64,000 nt of DNA. Origin: an uncultured Acidobacteriota bacterium. Its GTDB lineage: Bacteria; Acidobacteriota; UBA6911. Below, piece by piece: positions 44,041-54,071 of the stretch. A model generated the notes under the pieces. It was not told where the DNA came from, searched no databases, and saw nothing but the letters and a program-made list of their open reading frames with translations. The number at the start of each line of letters is the position of its first letter. Position 1 is the first letter of the stretch. The translations under genes were made by a program, and so were the position numbers. The stretch spans positions 1 to 64,000 of the forward strand of contig CAWHCF010000029.1 of the NCBI GenBank assembly GCA_963827655.1, written 5' to 3'.

Positions 44041-44439
44041 TCACCCCATCGTGTTGGTGCGCTCCGGAATGATCTTGTAGAGGACCCGCACCTCATCGGG
44101 CTGGCGAAAGGGGTATTTGTCCACGTTCAGGTACTTCTTAGCCATCTTGTTGATGTGGGCGTCAGCCCCTTGCTCGGTGATCTCGGCGACCTTGCCGCGC
44201 ACGCCGAGGTAGCGGTAAGGATTCTGCGGGTCCATGATCGAAAGAGCGACCCTGGGATTCTTCCTCATGTTGCGGTCCTTTACTCTTCCCTTGGCTGAAT
44301 TGACCAGGATGTGTTTGCCGTCGAAGTCAATCCAGACCGGCGTTACTTGTGGACTCCCGTCGGGCATGACGGTCGCAAGACTGGCGAAGACAGGCTGCTC
44401 AAAGAGTTTCTCGAAACCTTCTGGAATTCCATTCGACAT
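44041..44439 (-). CDS. PPOX-class (putatively F420-dependent) oxidoreductase
   Basis: LATVMPDGSPQVTPVW, GRVKDRNMRKNPRVAL; downstream of cofE. Confidence 0.88.
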   Translation of the reverse strand: MSNGIPEGFEKLFEQPVFASLATVMPDGSPQVTPVWIDFDGKHILVNSAKGRVKDRNMRKNPRVALSIMDPQNPYRYLGVRGKVAEITEQGADAHINKMAKKYLNVDKYPFRQPDEVRVLYKIIPERTNTMG

Positions 44440-44451
44440 AGTTCCTCCTCT

Positions 44452-45255
44452 TTATCGAAAGAGATCGTCTTCCTGGGAACGGATCAGTTCCCGGCCGGAA
44501 CCTGATCCGGGTTGATACTGAAATCCTTCGATTACCACGACCGGGATGCCGAGCGTTTTTCCCATGACAAGTTCCGCAGCCGCGGCCAGCTCGTCAGCCA
44601 CGGCAAGCACCGTAGCGCGCAAAGGCCGCCCGTAGAAATCGACCTTGCCCCTGTAGTCGACCAGAGGGGCAAGTCCTGCTACGCCCAGCGCCACGTTCGT
44701 TAAACCCTGTCGCCAGGGTCTTCCGAAGGTATCGGATATTATCACGGCCAGCTCGACCTTCAGCGCTTCTTCCAGGTCCGAACGCAGTTCCTGTGCCGAT
44801 CGGTCTGGATCTTCCGGCAGCAGGACCACGGTTCCCTTCGGGGCATTCGAGGCATCGACCCCGGCATTGGCGCATACAAATCCGTGGTGAGTTTCAGAGA
44901 TGAGCACGCCCCGATCCATGCGGACTACGCGCTTCGTCTCTCGAAGAACGGCCTCCACCATCCTCGGGTCCTTATCGTGCCGGCTGGCCCATTCCTGCGC
45001 CTGGACCGAGGGCCTTACCGTTTCGAGGTCGACGAGCCGCCCCTCCGCTTTACTCACGACCTTCTGAGCCACGACCAGGATACTGCCGGGCCGGACCCAT
45101 GCATCGGAGGAGTCAACCTGGCGGCGGGGCGCTTCCGTATCGGTCGTTCCGGAGCGTTGACGGAGGGCCGCGAGAATTGTTTCGCACAGGTTATCTCCTG
45201 GGTTGATCTCGGGCATTCCTTCGAGACCCCAGATTCGCACCTCGCTAGGTGGCAT
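44452..45255 (-). CDS. cofE: Coenzyme F420-0:L-glutamate ligase
   Basis: QKVVSKAEGR, CANAGVDASN, LLPEDPD.SA, DTFGRPWR.G, ADELAAAA. Confidence 0.92.
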   Translation of the reverse strand: MPPSEVRIWGLEGMPEINPGDNLCETILAALRQRSGTTDTEAPRRQVDSSDAWVRPGSILVVAQKVVSKAEGRLVDLETVRPSVQAQEWASRHDKDPRMVEAVLRETKRVVRMDRGVLISETHHGFVCANAGVDASNAPKGTVVLLPEDPDRSAQELRSDLEEALKVELAVIISDTFGRPWRQGLTNVALGVAGLAPLVDYRGKVDFYGRPLRATVLAVADELAAAAELVMGKTLGIPVVVIEGFQYQPGSGSGRELIRSQEDDLFR

Positions 45256-45910
45256 GCTCCATGAGCCTTTCTTCAATCCTGAGATCGCGCAGGAGGCGAT
45301 AACTTTCGGTTTGAGACGCATCTTTCATGAACCAGAGAATGTCGGAAGGGGTATCAAGGTCGAGGGCGATGCGGTTGTTCTCCAGGATCGTGAATGAGGC
45401 CTGGACGCGCATGGCTTCCTGCGTGTGGAGGACCAGGCTATTGTGGCCGAAGCGTGAAGCGAAAAGATTTGGAGGCATGCGGATCAGGGCGTTCGTTCCC
45501 AAGAAGTCGCGTGAAGGCACAAGGATGGAAGAGCCGTTTTCGAGGGTTTGGTTCATGAGCGCATGGATGTCTTCCGGCTGCACCAGCGGAATGTCGGCCG
45601 GCAGCCTGAGCACGGCCTCCGTGCCTTGCATTGCGAGTAGATTCGACGCGCGATCGACCGACGCGCTCTCTGATATTTGCTCGCTTTCCCAGAATATCCG
45701 CCATCCCAATTCGCGAGCCGCATTCGCGGCTCTGGTCGAGCCGGTCACAACGGCTATCTGCGATGCCGGCGAAATCGAGCGCAGCGCGCGCGCCACATCC
45801 TGAAACATAGCCCAGGCGAGCCTGGAACGTTCTTCCGAGGCTAACGCCGGAGCCATCCTCAGCTTGGCCTGCTCCGGATCTTTCACCGGTATCAGAATCA
45901 CGGGCGGCAT
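45245..45910 (-). CDS. cofC: PEP/2-phospho-L-lactate guanylyltransferase
   Basis: LIPVK..AK.R, PADIPL, GTNAL, RFGHNS..H, LDLDTPSD. Confidence 0.88.
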   Translation of the reverse strand: MPPVILIPVKDPEQAKLRMAPALASEERSRLAWAMFQDVARALRSISPASQIAVVTGSTRAANAARELGWRIFWESEQISESASVDRASNLLAMQGTEAVLRLPADIPLVQPEDIHALMNQTLENGSSILVPSRDFLGTNALIRMPPNLFASRFGHNSLVLHTQEAMRVQASFTILENNRIALDLDTPSDILWFMKDASQTESYRLLRDLRIEERLMEHAT

Positions 45911-45983
45911 GCGACTCACTACCTCGGCCGGGGTGGCGGCGAGTACTTGAAACCAACGCCGCCGCCAGGACGAACAGACGCGA

Positions 45984-46907
45984 TCACACCATCTCGACCA
46001 CCTTCCGGGCCAGATCAATCTTGGATTGGTGATCATCCATGAGGGTGTCAGCCAGGCGTACCTGCAGCCCCAGGCTGGCAACACGAGGTAACAGGCCGGC
46101 ATCCCGCTCGTCCAGCACGAAAAGATCGACGAAATCACTATACATGCGGGCGACCGAAAGGGCCGAGACGTCTTGCCCCATTTCGCGCAGCATGCGCGCC
46201 GTGGGGCCTTTGATAGCCCGTCCGGCAATGATCGGGGTAATGGCCACGATTCGGGCATCAGTCTCATGAAGCGCTTCCCGAATCCCGGGCACGGCAAGGA
46301 TTGGACCGATGCTAATGTAAGGGTTACTGGGACAGATAAAGACCACCTCGGCCGCGCCTATGGCCTCGAGCACACCAGGGGCCGGACTGGCATCTTCGAT
46401 CGCCCGGAACAGGAAATCCTTTACGCGCGGCTCGCATCTTCTCCGCACGAAGTAATCCTGAAAAGCCAGTGTCCCCTCGTCGGTTTGAATCTCCGTGGGA
46501 ACATAGCTGTTGGTCATGGGCAGGATCACTGAACGAATGCCGCTCTTGCGAGAAATGTCACCGGTGACTTGGCCGAGGGTGTTTCCCTCGCGGATCTTTT
46601 GCGAACGATAAATGTGGGTGGCGAGATCGCGGTCTCCAAGTTTGAACCAGGTGTCGCACCCCAGCGTTTGCAAGCGCTCGAGGGCATGGAAGCTGTCGCC
46701 GAGTATACCCCATCCAGTCTCAGGATTAGCCAGCCCGGCCAGAGTGTACGTGACCGTGTCCAAATCCGGACAGATGTAAAGACCCATCCACTGAAAGTCG
46801 TCGCCCGTGTTGACGATGATGGTGACCTGCTCCGGCGGAAGAACCGCCATCAACCCGGCGAGGAATTTCGAAGCCCCGATGCCTCCGGCTAGTGCGACGG
46901 CCTTCAC
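45984..46907 (-). CDS. cofD: 2-phospho-L-lactate transferase
   Basis: [55 protein letters not shown]. Confidence 0.93.
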   Translation of the reverse strand: MKAVALAGGIGASKFLAGLMAVLPPEQVTIIVNTGDDFQWMGLYICPDLDTVTYTLAGLANPETGWGILGDSFHALERLQTLGCDTWFKLGDRDLATHIYRSQKIREGNTLGQVTGDISRKSGIRSVILPMTNSYVPTEIQTDEGTLAFQDYFVRRRCEPRVKDFLFRAIEDASPAPGVLEAIGAAEVVFICPSNPYISIGPILAVPGIREALHETDARIVAITPIIAGRAIKGPTARMLREMGQDVSALSVARMYSDFVDLFVLDERDAGLLPRVASLGLQVRLADTLMDDHQSKIDLARKVVEMV

Positions 46908-46990
46908 TGACTAGATCCTCGAAGCGTTTCGACTGTTCATGATCCGCAAGCGGGAACAAGCGCCAACGCCAAGACGCGAAGGACCCCTTA

Positions 46991-47114
46991 GGGTTCGCGC
47001 AGAAATAAGTTCGCCCGAAGGGGCGCGATCCTCAGCGTGCTTAGCGAACAGAAACGGTTCATGATTGACCACCGACTCTCGCGCCAGAATGTGAAGTTAT
47101 TTCTGCGCGAGCCC
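46991..47114. mobile_element. 124-bp MITE with about 24-bp terminal inverted repeats and a TTA target duplication
   Basis: TTA|GGGTTCGCGCAGAAATAAGTTCGC ... GTGAAGTTATTTCTGCGCGAGCCC|TTA. Confidence 0.8.
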
Positions 47115-47777
47115 TTAGAGTCCCTCGATTCGGTAGCGGGCGCCCTTCTTCTTGTAATGACGATTGAGGTGAATGGCGAGTACCGTCATGCGTTCGAGGG
47201 TTCGAGCGGTTTTCAACGGCCCGGCATCAAGAGGTCGAAGAGTAGGAATCAGTCCCGCAGCCGCCATGACTTTCTTTCTGGCATCCTGGGAGTCGCTGCA
47301 TACCAGGACGTCGCACTGGAGCGGAACATCGGTTTCTGCAAGGATGTGCGCCGGGATGGTCTTGAAGGCCGCAACGACCTGGACACTTTCGGGTACAAGA
47401 CTGGCGATCAGTTCCGCATTGGAGCCTTCGGACGGTTCCAGATACTCGACCTGTCCGGCTTTGAATTGCATCGGAACCGTTACGTCAACCAGAACCAGAT
47501 TCGCGGGAAAATCGGCTCGCAACCCCTCGAGCGCGGCTTTCGCGTGATCGAACGGGACCGTGAGGAAGACTATTTCCGATGAAGCCAGCATTTCGGAATT
47601 AGTCATTCCACGGATGAGGGCGTTACCTATTTCATTGTTGTACTCCTGGGCCGCCGACTGGGCGCGTTCAGCCGACCGCGAGCCAACAATGACCCGAACA
47701 CCCGCAAGTGCAAAACGTAGTGCGAGCCCTTTACCCTCGATGCCTGTGCCGCCCAAGAAACCGATCTGTCCAATCAT
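47115..47777 (-). CDS. npdG: F420-dependent NADP oxidoreductase
   Basis: GGTGIEGKGLA.R..GSRS.ERA, EGSNAE, DAGPL..AR.LE.MT. Confidence 0.88.
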   Translation of the reverse strand: MIGQIGFLGGTGIEGKGLALRFALAGVRVIVGSRSAERAQSAAQEYNNEIGNALIRGMTNSEMLASSEIVFLTVPFDHAKAALEGLRADFPANLVLVDVTVPMQFKAGQVEYLEPSEGSNAELIASLVPESVQVVAAFKTIPAHILAETDVPLQCDVLVCSDSQDARKKVMAAAGLIPTLRPLDAGPLKTARTLERMTVLAIHLNRHYKKKGARYRIEGL

Positions 47778-48114
47778 CTGGTGCCACCTCTTCTACGCCG
47801 TTAACTAAACCAGGCAAGGGCTGCGCCCCCTTGGTCTCCGCCAAAAGCAGCAGATATGGGAGCAGAAAGTCAGGAGCCAGAATGGCTCGTGCAGTCGGAC
47901 TCGAGCCGGCTTGAGGTGCCGATGAAAATTCTGGCTTCTGACGCCTTGCTTCTAACGCGAACAGAATTCTAATAAAGTTTCGTATGACGGCCTAAACTAA
48001 CCGCAAAGACGCGAAGACAACCAATGCTATTCATTCCTGGTCCCTGGAGTCTTTGTGGTTATCTTCACCGGACGATGTGACATAATGCCGGACATTTCAA
48101 GCCGGAGCAACGCA

Positions 48115-49206
48115 ATGTATTCATTCGAACCATCCGACGAACAGAGAATGCTGATAGACGCTGCCAGAAAGTTCGCTGCCAGGGAGCTTCAGAGCCAGCT
48201 TCGTGAGGGGGACCAGACATGCCAGCTGCCGCCCGAAATGACACAGGCGGGCTGGGAACTGGGTCTTCTGCCCGCGAGCATTCCAGAGACCTACGGCGGG
48301 TTTGGAGAACGTTCAGCGGTCACGGGCGTGCTTGCGGCAGAGGAGCTGGCGTGGGGAGATCTCGCGGGCGCGCTGGCCTTGATGGCACCCAACCTCATCG
48401 CATTTCCTGTGCTTCTGTGCGGGAGTCCGGAACAGAAAGAGACGATTCTTCCCAGGTTCTGTTCCGAATCCTACATTCCCGGATCGGCGGCGCTCATGGA
48501 GCCCCGTTACAACTTCGACCCAAACGCGCTTGCGACGACCGCTATCCGATCGAATGGAAACTACGTCTTGTCGGGAGCAAAGTGCAACGTTCTGTACGCT
48601 GCCGAGGCCGAGTGGATGCTGGTATACGCCGGCCTGGATGGCAAGACTGAAGGGTTTCTCGCGCGTCGCGATACTCCCGGGCTGGCGGTCAAGGAGCGGG
48701 AGCAGAATATGGGCATGAAGGCACTTCCTCTCTATTTCGTGGAGTTTAAAGAGTGCGCAATTCCTGCTTCACAGCGTTTGGGTGGCTCTGCGGGATGCGA
48801 TTTCGACCTGCTCTTGAATTCATTCCGTGTGGCGCTCAGCGCGATGGCGCTGGGAGTCGCGCGCGCCGCTTACGAGTACGGCCTCCAGTACGCCAAGAAT
48901 AGAAAGGCATTCGGCGAAGCTATCGCCCAGCGGCAGGCAATCGCATTCATGCTCGCGGAAATGATCACGGATCTCGAGGCCGCCCGCATGATGGTGTGGG
49001 AGGCAGCCTGGTTTCTCGACCAAGGCAGGCCAGCGACTCGCGAAGCCTATCTGGCGAAGAACTTTGCGGATGACATGGTCCTCATGGTGACCGACCGCAC
49101 CGTGCAGATCCTGGGAGGACACGGCTATATCCGGGACTACCCGGCCGAGCTCTGGCTGCGCAATGCGCGCGGATTCGCCGTCATGGAAGGCATTGCGATG
49201 GTCTGA
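48115..49206 (+). CDS. Acyl-CoA dehydrogenase
   Basis: EELAWGD, ALMEP, R.AFGEAIAQRQAIAF.LA, VQILGGHGYIRDYP. Confidence 0.9.
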   Translation: MYSFEPSDEQRMLIDAARKFAARELQSQLREGDQTCQLPPEMTQAGWELGLLPASIPETYGGFGERSAVTGVLAAEELAWGDLAGALALMAPNLIAFPVLLCGSPEQKETILPRFCSESYIPGSAALMEPRYNFDPNALATTAIRSNGNYVLSGAKCNVLYAAEAEWMLVYAGLDGKTEGFLARRDTPGLAVKEREQNMGMKALPLYFVEFKECAIPASQRLGGSAGCDFDLLLNSFRVALSAMALGVARAAYEYGLQYAKNRKAFGEAIAQRQAIAFMLAEMITDLEAARMMVWEAAWFLDQGRPATREAYLAKNFADDMVLMVTDRTVQILGGHGYIRDYPAELWLRNARGFAVMEGIAMV

Positions 49207-49297
49207 CGATGAGTGTTGCCTGAGAACAATTTCTTTCTGCCGACTCCTGAGGCCGATGGCTGACAGCTGATAGCTGAGTCTGGCAGTGAGGTAATCC

Positions 49298-50518
49298 ATG
49301 ATCAGCTTTGAAATGCCGGACGAAATCAAACAGCAGGTCGATTTCACTCAGTCCGTCGCGCGCAAGATGATGCGTTCAAGCGCTCGTTATTACGATGAGA
49401 ACGAACATCAGATTCCCTGGGACTACGTCAACCTCATGTGGGAGGCTTCCCTCAAAACGGGCAGAAGTTTTCGCTCCGGGGCGACGCGGACGGGGGACGG
49501 TCCCAGTCTGGTCTCGACCATGCTGATTCACACCATCGAATCTCTTTCCTGGGGGGATGCAGGAATCTATCTTTGCACACCGGGCGCAGGACTTGGCGGC
49601 GCGGCGGTCGAAGCCACCGGGACCAAGGAGCAGAAAGAGCGGTTCCTGGCCAAGTATCGCGAGGGAAAACCTAAATGGGCCAGCATGGCGATGACCGAGC
49701 CGCACTGCGGGTCCGATACGGCGGCCATCAAGACGACCGCGGTGCGCAGTGGAGACTTCTGGGTATTGAACGGCGAGAAGATTTTTGTCACCGGCGGCCA
49801 CAAATCGATGATCGATTCCGACGGCTTCATGGTGGTTTGGGCTACCGTCGATCCTTCGGCAGGGAGAGCCGGGATGAAACCCTTTGTGGTGGAGGCCGGA
49901 ACTCCGGGGGTCACGATTACGAAGCTCGAGCACAAGTTGGGAATCAGGGCCAGCGACACCGCCGCGGTATTACTCGAAAACTGCCGGCTGCCACTGGACA
50001 GTCTGCTCGGCAGCCCGGAAGTCGTCGACCGGACCAAAGGATTCAAGGGCGCGATGGCAACCTTCGACGCCACCCGTCCCTCGGTCGCCGCGAGCGCGCT
50101 CGGGATCGCGCGCGCCACCATCGAACATCTAAAGGAACTGCTGGCGCAGGAGGGCATTGTTATTCGTTACCACACGCCGCGAAATCTACTGTCTGCGATC
50201 GAAAGGGATGTCGTGGAGATGGAAGCTCAACTTCGAGCGGGTTGGCTGCTCACGTTGAAAGCGGCCTGGCTGATGGACCAGCGATTGCCGAATACAATCG
50301 AGGCCTCCATGTGCAAGGTGAAGGCAGGAGAAGTCGTGACCCGCGTGACTCAGAAAGCCGTAGAGCTGATGGGACCGCTGGGATACTCCCGAAAGCTGCT
50401 CTTCGAAAAGTGGATGCGCGATGCCAAGATTAATGACCTTTTCGAAGGAACGGGGCAGATAAATCGGCTGATCGTCGCTCGCAGAATCCTGGGATATTCG
50501 AGCAAGGAACTCAAGTAG
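49298..50518 (+). CDS. Acyl-CoA dehydrogenase
   Basis: MAMTEPHCGSD, LNGEKIFVT, KLGIRASDT, RDAKINDLFEGTGQI. Confidence 0.92.
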   Translation: MISFEMPDEIKQQVDFTQSVARKMMRSSARYYDENEHQIPWDYVNLMWEASLKTGRSFRSGATRTGDGPSLVSTMLIHTIESLSWGDAGIYLCTPGAGLGGAAVEATGTKEQKERFLAKYREGKPKWASMAMTEPHCGSDTAAIKTTAVRSGDFWVLNGEKIFVTGGHKSMIDSDGFMVVWATVDPSAGRAGMKPFVVEAGTPGVTITKLEHKLGIRASDTAAVLLENCRLPLDSLLGSPEVVDRTKGFKGAMATFDATRPSVAASALGIARATIEHLKELLAQEGIVIRYHTPRNLLSAIERDVVEMEAQLRAGWLLTLKAAWLMDQRLPNTIEASMCKVKAGEVVTRVTQKAVELMGPLGYSRKLLFEKWMRDAKINDLFEGTGQINRLIVARRILGYSSKELK

Positions 50519-50630
50519 ATTGCGGATTGTCGGATTGCGGATTGCGGATTTCGGATTGCGGATTGTGGATTGGATCTGTCGATACTCAGGTCAAAAAATC
50601 CGCAACTCCGAAATCCGCAATCGGCACAAT
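50518..50630. repeat. Inverted heptamer arrays (GATTGCG)n ... (AATCCGC)n between convergent genes
   Basis: Seen directly. Confidence 0.85.
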
Positions 50631-51937
50631 CACTGCATGACCCAGGCCTCATTGAAGCGCGCGTGTTTGATCGACTTTGACGCGGCTCTTCCCTCGGCAT
50701 CTCGCGGGAGATCCTTCCTCCCAAGATGATAGCTGTAACTGGCATGCAAGGTCCCGTCCCTGGCCTCGATGATCGACGGGTAGTGATACGATCCCGCTTC
50801 CGGACCGGGCGGATCGTATTCCAGATGCCTCTTCCATTTCCAACTTTTTCCTTCGTCTTCTGAGATCTGCACCGCCAGGCTATTCCTTCCCCGCTCCGTG
50901 TCATTGCCAATCAGCACCCAGTGGCCGTTTCTCAGCGAGATGATTTCGGCGCCCGATCCGGGATTGGGCATGTCGCTGTCAGTGACGGCACTCCACGTTT
51001 CGCCGCGGTCGCGTGATTCGCTCTGGTGCAGCCTTTTGGGAGGTGACCCGTTGTCCCGCATCAATGTGAACAGCGACCCGTCTTTCCGGCGGACGATGCT
51101 CGGTTGAATGTTGCCGCCACCCACAAGGGGCGTGCTCGTATGCCAGGTCTTACCCCAGTCATCGCTGATGGCCATCAGTGAAAAGGAGAACCCGTCGGAG
51201 TACAAGGGGACGATCAGCCGTGATCCATCGAGAACGAAGGGATGCGCGCGTGTCATCCAGCCCAGCCGGCGTTGGAGCTTGTCGGACGCGCGCTTCCGCA
51301 CGGCGTCAAAGTGAGCGCGGATTCGTCCTTGCTCCGGATGCTGCGAAGTCTGCAAAGCGGTTTCCAGACGAGGGAGTTCTCTGAGAACCGTATCCTCAAA
51401 TTCCTTTCCCGGGGTTATGTGAAGGACTTCGCTGATTTCCCACTGGGGCGGACCCGGTCCTTCGTAACTGGAGGCGATGCGATATTTCATCAGAGCGCTC
51501 GCCCATTCATTGGCCAGGATAGTGGGCCAGAGGAGCCACAGGCGGCGCCGCGGGTCGATGAACATCGCGCAATTTGTATCGGGGTATCCGGGCGTGTCGG
51601 CCATCGTGAAACGGGGACTCCAGCTCTCGGCTCCTTTTTGCTTGCGCGCGCCTTCGATCTTGACGTCGTCTGCCGTTCGCTCTCCAGACCCGTGAAACCA
51701 GCACACCAGCAGATCGCCGCCTGGCGTCTCGACAATACACGAGCCGTGGTTATGCCAGTGCTCGAGCGGAAAGATCAGCTCGGACTCGAGAAAGGGCGCG
51801 CCTTTAGCGCTTCTTTGCGTCGTCGCGTTTCCGCGGTTAATGGGGTTCGGCAACATTAACCACAAGGACGCCAGGAGGCTCAGACAGGCGAAGCTTTTTG
51901 CTCCTGCCGTGGTGATCATGCCCAATCGGGGTTTCAT
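50630..51937 (-). CDS. Sialidase/BNR-repeat family protein, exported
   Basis: Asp-boxes SDDWGKTW, SRDRGETW, SEDEGKSW; YHYPSII. Confidence 0.85.
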   Translation of the reverse strand: MKPRLGMITTAGAKSFACLSLLASLWLMLPNPINRGNATTQRSAKGAPFLESELIFPLEHWHNHGSCIVETPGGDLLVCWFHGSGERTADDVKIEGARKQKGAESWSPRFTMADTPGYPDTNCAMFIDPRRRLWLLWPTILANEWASALMKYRIASSYEGPGPPQWEISEVLHITPGKEFEDTVLRELPRLETALQTSQHPEQGRIRAHFDAVRKRASDKLQRRLGWMTRAHPFVLDGSRLIVPLYSDGFSFSLMAISDDWGKTWHTSTPLVGGGNIQPSIVRRKDGSLFTLMRDNGSPPKRLHQSESRDRGETWSAVTDSDMPNPGSGAEIISLRNGHWVLIGNDTERGRNSLAVQISEDEGKSWKWKRHLEYDPPGPEAGSYHYPSIIEARDGTLHASYSYHLGRKDLPRDAEGRAASKSIKHARFNEAWVMQ

Positions 51938-51941
51938 CTTA

Positions 51942-52173
51942 GGGCTCGCGCAGAAATAACTTCACATTCTGGCGCGAGTGTCGGTTGTCAGTCATGAGCC
52001 GGTTTCTCTTAGCTAAGCACGCTTGGGATCGCGCCCCTTGGGCTGCGGCCCGCAGGCCCGCTGGCTTTGTTGCTCGCTCCTCACGTACCGCGCCGGGTAC
52101 GCATCGTCGCTCGCGCCTCGCCAGCGGGCCTGGGGGCCTGCAGCAGAATGCGAACCTATTTCTGCGCGAACCC
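51942..52173. mobile_element. 232-bp MITE, longer relative of 46991-47114 in inverted orientation
   Basis: TTA|GGGCTCGCGCAGAAATAACTTCAC ... GCGAACCTATTTCTGCGCGAACCC|TGA; about 100 bp of shared sequence plus an extra hairpin-rich core. Confidence 0.8.
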
Positions 52174-52335
52174 TGAGATTTGGCGTGTCTTCGCGTCTTT
52201 CCCGTGGATGCTGCTTTCACGAGTTCGAAGAGGTTTACACGCGTGACAGACAATGCTATGTATGTCCGATCCATGTCAAGTCTCGATCCGGCTATCCTCG
52301 TCGTAAAGAAGCGTCCACGCAAATGGGGAACCTAT

Positions 52336-54030
52336 ATGAAGATCATGAATCGTCGTGCGCTTGGCGTAGCGGCTCTCTCCTGGCTCCTGGTTCTGAAGAT
52401 TCCGGGAGGGGCCCAGCAAGCTGAATTCAAGGGCACTTTTCAGGAAGTAATGGTTGGAATGCGCGACGGGGTGAAACTCGCCACCAATGTGTTTGTGCCT
52501 GAAGGTCAGGGGGGCTGGCCTGCCGTCTTGATGCGCACTCCGTACGGAAAGGACGGGAGAGGCAAAGATGTGGAGCCCGGATCCAACCGAATGCAGGCGG
52601 CCGCGTATGCTGCCCGTGGCTACGCGCTTGTGGTTCAGGATTGCCGGGGGACGGGAAGGTCCGAAGGTGAAAATGTTCCGTTTCGATTGGACCAGCCGGA
52701 CGGCTATGACACGGTGGAATGGATTGCCAAGCAGTCCTGGAGTAATCGCAAGGTCGGCATGGTTGGCGGTTCCGCGCTCGGCATAACGTCTACCTTGGCC
52801 GCGACCTATGCTCCGCCTCATCTGGTATGCGCCTTTGTCGCGGTAACTCCGGCGAATATTCGCACCGATACCCTCTACATGGGTGGCGTGTATCGCAAGG
52901 AGATGAACGACGGATGGCTGAAAACTCAGGGAAAGGAAAACCAGATTGCAGAGACAGTGGCGCGGCCGATTTCGGACCGCTACTGGGACTGGCGCGACAT
53001 CGTCAGCCAGCACGGCAAGATACGGATTCCCATCTACAACGTAGGGGGCTGGTACGACATTTTCGCGCAAGGCAACATCGACAATTTCGTGGGGCTGCAA
53101 GCTAATGGGGGAGGGGTTGCGGCCGGGAACCAGAAGCTGCTCATGGCCCCGATCGGACATGGCGGCCTGTCCGGACGCCTCAAATATCCTGAGAACTCCC
53201 GTTTCAACCAGCAGGAGATTCAGTTCCGCTGGCTCGACTATTGGCTGAAAGGCGCGCGCAACGGCATTATGGATGAACCCGCCGTGCGGTATTACGCGAT
53301 GGGCGATCCGTCGGATCCACAGGCTCCCGGCAATGAATGGCGAACCTCTGATTCATGGCCTCCGCCATCCAGGATCACGCCCTACTACCTGGGGCCGAAG
53401 GGAAGTCTCGCCGTTGACTACCCCGCCGAAGGGGAAAGCGCCGGTGAGTACCGCTACGATCCGAAAAACCCGGTGCCTACGGTGGGCGGCCAGAATCTCA
53501 TGATTCCGGGGAAGGGTCCGATGGACCAGCGGGCGATCAAGGAACGAGACGACTACCTTCGCTTCGAAACACCGGCCCTCACCCAACCCGTCGAAGTCAC
53601 GGGCCGCGTTTATGTCGATCTTTGGGTAGAAACGGATGCTCCCGATACGGACTTCGTGGCCAAACTCGTGGACGTATATCCGGACGGGTATGAGGCGCTG
53701 GTCCTCGATGCGCCGCTTCGCCTCAGATACCGCGAGGGGCTGGACCGGGAGGTTTTCATGAAGCCCGGTGAAGTTGTGAAGATCAGGCTGGACCTCTGGT
53801 CGACCAGTCTTGTGTTCAACAAAGGTCACAAGATTGCGGTCCACGTCACGAGCAGCAATGATCCGCGATTTGATCCAAATCCGAATACCGGGAAACGCCT
53901 CAGGCAGGATGACGAGACGCGCGTCGCCGTAAACCGCGTGCACCACGACGCCGCCCACCCTTCGCGAATTCTGCTTCCCCTGGTCCGCCCCGACGCTAAA
54001 CAAGGGAGCATGGCCGGAAAAGGGAACTGA
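52336..54030 (+). CDS. CocE/NonD family serine hydrolase
   Basis: MRDGVKLAT, RTPYGK, QDCRGTGRSEG, VGMVGGSALG, GGWYD, YDPKNPVPTVGG. Confidence 0.9.
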   Translation: MKIMNRRALGVAALSWLLVLKIPGGAQQAEFKGTFQEVMVGMRDGVKLATNVFVPEGQGGWPAVLMRTPYGKDGRGKDVEPGSNRMQAAAYAARGYALVVQDCRGTGRSEGENVPFRLDQPDGYDTVEWIAKQSWSNRKVGMVGGSALGITSTLAATYAPPHLVCAFVAVTPANIRTDTLYMGGVYRKEMNDGWLKTQGKENQIAETVARPISDRYWDWRDIVSQHGKIRIPIYNVGGWYDIFAQGNIDNFVGLQANGGGVAAGNQKLLMAPIGHGGLSGRLKYPENSRFNQQEIQFRWLDYWLKGARNGIMDEPAVRYYAMGDPSDPQAPGNEWRTSDSWPPPSRITPYYLGPKGSLAVDYPAEGESAGEYRYDPKNPVPTVGGQNLMIPGKGPMDQRAIKERDDYLRFETPALTQPVEVTGRVYVDLWVETDAPDTDFVAKLVDVYPDGYEALVLDAPLRLRYREGLDREVFMKPGEVVKIRLDLWSTSLVFNKGHKIAVHVTSSNDPRFDPNPNTGKRLRQDDETRVAVNRVHHDAAHPSRILLPLVRPDAKQGSMAGKGN

Positions 54031-54071
54031 ACCGGATCGGCGAGACCCTCGCCACCCTGACAGGAGGAAAT

